Positions 59,884 to 64,000 of a stretch of 64,000 bases of DNA are shown one piece after another. Under the pieces are notes generated by a model. That model saw only the letters and a program-made list of their open reading frames with translations, searched no databases and was not told the origin of the DNA. Each line of letters opens with the position of its first letter. Position 1 is the first letter of the stretch. A program made the translations under genes and the position numbers. This stretch comes from Leptospiraceae bacterium (GTDB lineage: Bacteria; Spirochaetota; Leptospiria; Leptospirales; Leptonemataceae), in NCBI GenBank assembly GCA_040217195.1, contig JAVJNR010000003.1:512001-576000 (forward strand), written 5' to 3'.

Positions 59884-61731
59884 ATGAAACAAATTAGAAC
59901 CAATATTCCATTCATCCCTTTACTGGTACTGCTATTTCTTTTATTTCAAACTCCAGCTTTGGCGGCTCCTGTTACTCCAGACAAGCTGGATGAGCTTTAC
60001 GAAGATCTTGCGGATGCAGATATTCAGCCCGCCCCGGGTGGAATCATTCTTCGCCGACTATCGCTTCATCTGAGGGGAACAATTCCTTCTATTCAGGAAC
60101 TGGAAAGCTATGGAACCGGAGATGAGCAACTGGCACGTATGAACTACGCTGTGGCCTTTCTAAGGAGTCCGGAGTATGCCCAGTACTGGGGCACTTACTT
60201 TGGCTCTCTGTTCCGGGAGCAGACCGAGGGAAGGGATCTAAAGTACGCAAGCTTTTACGAATATCTAAGTCAATCCATACACCAGAATAAACCATACGAT
60301 GTTCTGGTTACTGAGATGCTAACAGCCACAGGTTCACCTGAAACGAATCCTGCGGTGAATTTTCTGGTACGGGATGGCGGCGATCCTCTTCAATTGGCAG
60401 AATACACAGGTAGACTATTCCATGGTAAGCGTCTGGAATGTGCAAGGTGCCACGATCATCCGTTCTACAAAGGATATACGAAGCGAGATTATTATGGTCT
60501 TGCCGCTTTTTTCTCCCAGCAATATACTACATCCGAATACGATGCAAAATTCCAGAGCATTACCGGGCTAAAATATGTTCCCAGAAATGAAATTGAAAAC
60601 CTGCCCACCGAGGAACAGAAACAATACAACAATGCCTGGCAGAAATTCTACAGGGATTACTGGAACAAGTTAAACAAACAGCAAAAACAGGCTCATCGCA
60701 ATGGAACCAAACTGAATTTTGATGTAGTTTTTCGTGTTCCAGAAATGGGGCTTCGCTTTCCCATTAGTGACGATGAGCCCGGCGGAGATCTGGTTCAGCC
60801 TGTGTATCCAGACGGCACCGAAGCAAAGCTTCAAGATGGAGTGGATCGTAGAACGATTCTGGCTCAATGGTTTGCGGACAGAAAAAATGATCGGTTTCGC
60901 AAGGTGATGATCAACCGTATCTGGACCCGGCTCATGGGATGGAGCTTTTTCACTCCTCTGGATGACTGGAACGATGATACAGATATGCAGGGAGAAGAAA
61001 TTCTGAATCATCTGGATCAGGTTTTTGTTCAGCAGAATTATAGAATTAAAGACCTGGTCCTCTATATTGTTAGTTCTAGGGCCTATGCTCGATCTATGCC
61101 ACAGCAGTCATCGCCGGAGGCAAATTCTTCCATAAGATATTTTCAGGCACAGAGGATGGATCCGGACCAATTGATGAATTCTTTGATCAAAGGTTCTTTT
61201 GCCATGACCGTTTCTGACATCCGGGAACGAAAGATTCAGCTAAGTGTGAACAAACCGGATCTATCAAGTATTAATCTACGAGGGCTGGGAGCCATTAAGT
61301 CGCCCAAACAGAATCAAAGAGATTTCTCCAGCGCCGCCGAGGTTGAAAGACCGGTGCGATACAATTCCTTCCTCGCTGTATTCGGCGCTGGCCCCAGAAT
61401 TGACATAGCAGACGATGAGATGGCCCCTACAATCGAGCAGGTACTCACACTACTGAACGGTCGACTTACGAATCGCCTGGCCCAGAACTTTGCACGCAAA
61501 GGATCCTACATCCATCAGTACTACCAGAAGGAAGGAAGCATCGAGCAGGCCTCCAATGCCATCTTCCAGAGTCTGCTTTCCAGAAATATGAGCCCATCTG
61601 AGTGGCAAAAGATTCAATCCGTAACATCATCCGATTTATCTGGAAACAAGAAGGATCGATTCAATCAAGAAGCTCTGCAGGATCTGATCTGGAGCATCTT
61701 CAATAGTCAGGAGTTTATTCATATCAACTGA
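59884..61731 (+). CDS. DUF1549/DUF1553 (PSD1-type) exported protein
   Basis: Signal peptide; LRRLSL.L.G.IP, NKPYD, CARCHDHPF, DYYGLAAFF, R..LA.W, NRIW..LMG and QDLIWSIFNSQEF. Confidence 0.85.
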   Translation: MKQIRTNIPFIPLLVLLFLLFQTPALAAPVTPDKLDELYEDLADADIQPAPGGIILRRLSLHLRGTIPSIQELESYGTGDEQLARMNYAVAFLRSPEYAQYWGTYFGSLFREQTEGRDLKYASFYEYLSQSIHQNKPYDVLVTEMLTATGSPETNPAVNFLVRDGGDPLQLAEYTGRLFHGKRLECARCHDHPFYKGYTKRDYYGLAAFFSQQYTTSEYDAKFQSITGLKYVPRNEIENLPTEEQKQYNNAWQKFYRDYWNKLNKQQKQAHRNGTKLNFDVVFRVPEMGLRFPISDDEPGGDLVQPVYPDGTEAKLQDGVDRRTILAQWFADRKNDRFRKVMINRIWTRLMGWSFFTPLDDWNDDTDMQGEEILNHLDQVFVQQNYRIKDLVLYIVSSRAYARSMPQQSSPEANSSIRYFQAQRMDPDQLMNSLIKGSFAMTVSDIRERKIQLSVNKPDLSSINLRGLGAIKSPKQNQRDFSSAAEVERPVRYNSFLAVFGAGPRIDIADDEMAPTIEQVLTLLNGRLTNRLAQNFARKGSYIHQYYQKEGSIEQASNAIFQSLLSRNMSPSEWQKIQSVTSSDLSGNKKDRFNQEALQDLIWSIFNSQEFIHIN

Positions 61732-61791
61732 ACTCTAAATTCACAGCAATATTTCCAGAATGATTGAATTGCCCCACAGTGGAGAATTACG

Positions 61792-63285
61792 ATGAAAAAA
61801 AGAAGCACGGATAGATCAGCATTGAATGGCCAGAGATCAGAGGAGTTATCCAGGGAGATGGCCGGGGAGATGTCCGGGAATCATCACCAAAGCTCTCACT
61901 CGGTAAACAGTTTGAGACTGGAAGACGTAAAGAAAGAAATGAATGCACAGGTCAGCCGATCCAGCTTTCTAAAGCGTTCCGCAGGATTCCTGGCCAGTCT
62001 GGGCATGGCCAACGGAGCCATCAGCGCCCTGAATTCCCCTGGGGCTGGAAGTAGTTTATTTGCAGAACAAATGCCAGACTTTGACGAGGATCCTTACGAT
62101 ATTGTATTACCCAGCAAGGTTAAAAGCGTCATCTTTATTAACATGGCCGGCGGTATGAGCCATGTAGATACCCTGGATCCAAGAAGCGATCAAAGTCCAT
62201 TCGGTAGCGTTAACTCATCGATTTCAGGAATACGCATTGGAGAGCCGTTTCGCCAGACTGCAGCGCAGCTAAAGCATTTAAGTCTGATTCGCTCCACCTG
62301 GTCCGAGGACGGTGATCATGGTTTCGCACAGAAGCTACTCAATACTGGATATAGAATGACCGAATCCGCCGGCTTTCCCGATATCCCCTCCTGGGGTTGC
62401 ACCGTAGCTTACGGAAAGAAGAAGGAGTACAAAGGCCCATATTTCCCATCCGCCGTTACACTTGGCCAGCGAGGTGGTGTAATAGGTAAACATGGATTTC
62501 TGCCCATCCGATTTTCTTCCTTCCACATTGGTAATGTGGATAATCCGGTGAACAATCTGACTCCGGCTGCAGGTCGCATTTCAGAAGCCAGGCTGGCCCG
62601 CAGAGAGCAATTGCTGGATATGCTTAACGATAACTTCGAAAGCAAATCCCAGGCAGCCCAGGTTCAAGTCTGGAGAGGAATGTTTGATTCAGCACTTGAG
62701 TTTATGAATAGCGATCAACTGGTAACCTTTGATCTGAGCAAAGAAAGCGCAGTAAATAGACGAAGGTATGGAGATACCTGGTCAGGCAAAGCTATGCTAA
62801 TGGCCAAAAGACTGGCTCAGGCAGAAGTGCCATTTATTCAAATCACCATCGGAGGATGGGATACTCATAACAACAATCGAGGCAAGATTGCTGATATTAT
62901 GAAAGAAGCTGATCCAGCCATCGCAGCCTTGATCCAGGATCTGGCAGGCTCCGGATTATTGGATCAGACCATTTTCTATCTTTCCACCGAATTCGGTAGA
63001 ACACCTGTAGTAGGACAACGGGACGGCCGGGACCATTATCCCAGGGTATGGACCAGCCTCATGGGTGGAGGTCCGATTCCGCGGGGAGGAGTTTTTGGCG
63101 AAAGCGATAAGAAAGCTCAGAGACCTGCAAACGATAAAGTGGCCTATCATGTCCGGGATGTTACGGCCACTCTTTATAGAGCGGCCGGTCTCGATCCCGA
63201 GGCCACCCTTACCACTGGCAGCGGCCGACCATTTCCTCTGGTTCCCAGAAGTGCCAGAATCATTGAAGATATGCTTCGGGGCTAG
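61792..63285 (+). CDS. DUF1501 domain protein
   Basis: K.VIFI.M.GG.SH.DT.DP, GGWDTH, EFGRTP, GRDH and G.PFPL; possible alternative start at 61939. Confidence 0.9.
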   Translation: MKKRSTDRSALNGQRSEELSREMAGEMSGNHHQSSHSVNSLRLEDVKKEMNAQVSRSSFLKRSAGFLASLGMANGAISALNSPGAGSSLFAEQMPDFDEDPYDIVLPSKVKSVIFINMAGGMSHVDTLDPRSDQSPFGSVNSSISGIRIGEPFRQTAAQLKHLSLIRSTWSEDGDHGFAQKLLNTGYRMTESAGFPDIPSWGCTVAYGKKKEYKGPYFPSAVTLGQRGGVIGKHGFLPIRFSSFHIGNVDNPVNNLTPAAGRISEARLARREQLLDMLNDNFESKSQAAQVQVWRGMFDSALEFMNSDQLVTFDLSKESAVNRRRYGDTWSGKAMLMAKRLAQAEVPFIQITIGGWDTHNNNRGKIADIMKEADPAIAALIQDLAGSGLLDQTIFYLSTEFGRTPVVGQRDGRDHYPRVWTSLMGGGPIPRGGVFGESDKKAQRPANDKVAYHVRDVTATLYRAAGLDPEATLTTGSGRPFPLVPRSARIIEDMLRG

Positions 63286-63421
63286 ACCAGAAAAATCGTT
63301 GCCCAACAAATGAAATGTGCTGCAATCTGCCATGCCTTCCGGATTGCAGCAACAGAATTCATCAGGTCTACTCAGTCTTTTTCCTGCCCAACACTGTAGC
63401 AAAGACCTGCCGGTCCGAGTG

Positions 63422-64000
63422 ATGCGAGCTGCAAAGCCCCACAAGAGACTTCAGAGTCTGGCCCTACTGGCTGCTGTGGCAATTCACTCTTTCGGATCCC
63501 TCCATGCAGAACCGGTTCCCATTCCTGAATTGAAAGCCCATGTCTACGATGGCATCGATTTGCTGGATGCTCAGACAGAGGCGAACCTGAATGAAAAACT
63601 TCAGAAACTGGAGCAGGACAAGGGATCTCAAATCGCTGTAATCATTATAGCAACTACAGGAGAAGAATCTATTGAGGAATTTGGGATTCGAGCTGGCGAA
63701 AGGCTCAAAATTGGCCGGAAAGGTGTGGACGATGGTCTAATCTTGATAGTTGCCAGAGATGATCGCAAAGTGCGGATCGAAGTTGGCTATGGCCTGGAAG
63801 GAGCCATCCCGGATGCAGTGGCCAATCGAATCATACAGGAAAGAATCGTACCGGCATTTAGAGCCGGTAATTTTGACACCGGCATTGAAGATGCAGTCAA
63901 TACCCTGGATAAGATAATTCGGGGCGAAGCGTTGCCGGTACCGGCTCAGCAGGCAGAAGAAGAGTTGGTTGTGTTCTCAGTGTTTTCAATTATTGGTTCT
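63422..64000 (+). CDS. TPM-domain (YgcG-like) protein, runs off the window
   Basis: Frame not in the ORF track: MRAAKP...signal, then GSQIAV, IGRKGVDDGLIL, RKVRIEVGYGLEGAIPDA. Confidence 0.88.
   Translation, partial: MRAAKPHKRLQSLALLAAVAIHSFGSLHAEPVPIPELKAHVYDGIDLLDAQTEANLNEKLQKLEQDKGSQIAVIIIATTGEESIEEFGIRAGERLKIGRKGVDDGLILIVARDDRKVRIEVGYGLEGAIPDAVANRIIQERIVPAFRAGNFDTGIEDAVNTLDKIIRGEALPVPAQQAEEELVVFSVFSIIGS

Noticed and set aside
59615..59887. 90-aa ORF bridging the Cys-rich lipoprotein and the DUF1553 gene
   Set aside because: It overlaps the lipoprotein by 52 nt, with a GTG start and no clear RBS. The ATGA overlap with the next gene is suggestive but not enough.
61850..61878. Short 12-bp imperfect tandem repeat (CCRGGGAGATG) in the DUF1501 5' region
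   Set aside because: Only about 2.4 degenerate in-frame copies; no functional inference is possible.

Overview
Chromosomal window from a bacterium, most likely a Leptospiraceae-type spirochaete. This is inferred from the ispE-tRNA-Gln-short glmU-prs-rplY-pth-ftsH block, a DUF1554 lipoprotein, a 7TM-DISM-AraC regulator and spirochaete-style lipoboxes. Layout: 1-20.9 kb is mostly housekeeping (long Lhr helicase, rpmG, the ispE-ftsH block, an acyl-CoA dehydrogenase, tadA, tRNA-Ser). About 20.9-44 kb is accessory-looking: a structured repeat abutting tRNA-Ser; a GC-richer glycosidase islet with a decayed sugar-symporter remnant; an AraC/SDR pair; a metal-homeostasis cluster (CorE-like Cys-rich ECF sigma, cupredoxin lipoprotein, CopZ, CopA, NreB-like MFS); TetR and PadR modules; and two large cytoplasmic repeat proteins (SUKH-TPR-LRR and TPR/propeller). 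44-64 kb holds metabolic and envelope genes and a Planctomycete-type DUF1549/DUF1553 + DUF1501 module preceded by a small Cys-rich lipoprotein. The most notable observations are a Pth lacking its catalytic residues, twin TGTAAC-N16-CGTTT ECF promoters that suggest a CorE-like regulon, the SUKH-TPR-LRR fusion and the DUF1553/DUF1501 module. No CRISPR array, integrase, transposase or rRNA was seen. All family calls come from motif recognition by eye, not database searches.
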